From assembly GCA_964106645.2 (NCBI GenBank), contig OZ067043.1: DNA of 64,000 nucleotides; one strand, given 5' to 3'. This document shows positions 62,391 through 64,000 of this stretch, one piece after another; within the stretch, counting starts at the first letter, position 1, and the number at the start of each line of letters is the position of its first letter. The notes beneath the pieces were generated by a model. That model worked only from the letters and a program-made list of their open reading frames with translations, did not search any database and was not told where the DNA came from. The DNA is from Podarcis pityusensis. Its lineage: Eukaryota. Made by a program: the position numbers and the translations under genes.

Positions 62391-64000
62391 GTTGTCTCAA
62401 TCTTGCAGGCATGGAAGATACTAAGGAAGAAACAAAAGACACTTTGAGCATGCTCAGCACATGTTTCCAAGGCTGTATGCACATTACTGGCTAAAAACAG
62501 ATTGAGGTGGTTCTTTTTCTAAATTTGGATTGAAGCTGGTTGGGGCTATTTGAATGCATTGCCAGTGATCCTGATGAGCCTTCAGACCTTGACATCCCAG
62601 CCACGGGACTGGAGGTTTCCACACTGGTTGTCTGGGTTCCTTGCTGGCTCCTGGATCTCCCCTCATTATGTCCACGAGCATAGGAGTTGGCATGTGAGGC
62701 AGGAGCTTTCAGGGATGCTGGCAAAGTACCTGGCTTGCCACACATGAAGGGGGGAAATGCATGTACGCACCTGCCTAATCAGAACCTGGCTAAGAATTAG
62801 GAAGGGGTGAAGTCTCCAGTTCCAACATCAGCTCTCAATGTGAACCCCAGCATTCCTGAAGCAACAGCATTCTGCCATTCTTGAACTTGGTAGCAGACAA
62901 GAAGCTGTTGGAGCTTGGCTGTCCTCCCTTACTTGCATAGAACCTTAAGTGTGGAGAGAGGCCTGCATATAGAAATACCTCATTTTTGCACCAAAAGATT
63001 GTGTGAGCATGCCTAAGTTACCTAGGCATGACTTCATACTGAAGACTTGCTCCTGTGCTCTACCGTGTCTGAAGCATGCATGCTCAGACTGTGTGTGAAC
63101 TGGATCGATCCTTTAATAAAAGTAAAGCTTAGCATCCCCCCCCCCCCCGCAGTATAAATTTCCTCTTCCGGTTGCCCTGATAGTTTCATTCCCTTGGGTC
63201 TATGAGGTTATATGTTGGGAGTGGCTGCATGTTCCTTCTGCACTGTCCACATGATTTCCTAGATAGTTATGCAAAAAATCCTTGACCAGCATGGAGACAG
63301 TACTCCCAGCTGCCAGATCCACATGATGACTTAGTACTGTAATCCATTTGTGTCACCATTTTATAGTAACCTGACTTGCAAATTCTATCCTTGCTCTTGA
63401 GGTTTTCCTTGTGTTCAGCTTGGCTAGAAATGAGACCAGATAAACAGTAGGGGTATGTATAGCAATATAATTATTGCTTTATTTAATTAAGCTAGTGAAA
63501 GTCTACTCAAATGGATAGGTTACTCTGGCTGGAAGTGCAAAAAAATGCAAGGTTTTATGTACGTTAGTTGTGCTCAGCTTCATAGGAGAGACTTTCTTCA
63601 GACAGTGTCCTATCTGACTGACTGTTCTAAAGAAATTTGTATTGCGTGTAGCCAGGCTCTGGAAACATTTCCTTTTGATTGTCTTATTAACATTTTAAAG
63701 CCACATAGATAATAACCTGGGGTAGCATGACAGTTCAGCAACTTCGTTTGAGGGAAACACTTAATCATATTTATTATGTAAACACAGCATGCCTTGCCCC
63801 CGTTAAATTATTAATAGTACCATTAACATATTTACATATAAATCTTATTGCAATTGATGAAAACTGTGAACAGAACCTCACACTGTCTCCCCTTTGTAGA
63901 ATAGATTCTCTGTATTTTACAGAGACCCATTTATTAAAGGGACAAAATACTTTTTTTTTGGCTCAAAGTTCATGTCGAAAATGTTGCCTCCGCAGTTTTG

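Noticed and set aside
62571-62625. Other CTGATGA/CTGAAGA words (also near 9956, 17517, 25172, 59150, 60760)
   Set aside because: No correctly spaced stem II plus GAAA; the one near 60760 is the YADD codon run of an L2 RT.

Overview
Non-coding, repeat-rich eukaryotic DNA from a squamate reptile, most likely a lacertid lizard, judging by the Sauria/POM-type SINEs and other squamate SINEs and MITEs. There is a 260-N assembly gap at 6557-6816. I found no intact protein-coding gene, tRNA, rRNA or CRISPR array. The only ORFs I can recognise are decayed LINE ORF2 fragments (L1/Tx1, RTE, L2, CR1). The first 13 kb hold a nested insertion stack: an old L1 hosting a younger L1, a CpG-rich and strongly self-complementary solo LTR, and a Sauria SINE. 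The same stretch holds a decayed Penelope-type minimal hammerhead ribozyme and several minus-strand exon-like segments that may be a fossil multi-exon gene. From about 14 kb onward, many repeat-free, CpG-retaining blocks rich in homeobox, FOX and MEIS motifs look like conserved non-coding enhancers in the gene desert or a large intron of a developmental regulator. Nothing here supports a new multi-gene system. The best leads are the structured solo LTR, the hammerhead relic, the possible unitary pseudogene and the enhancer array. Family names were assigned from memory of consensus sequences, without any database search.
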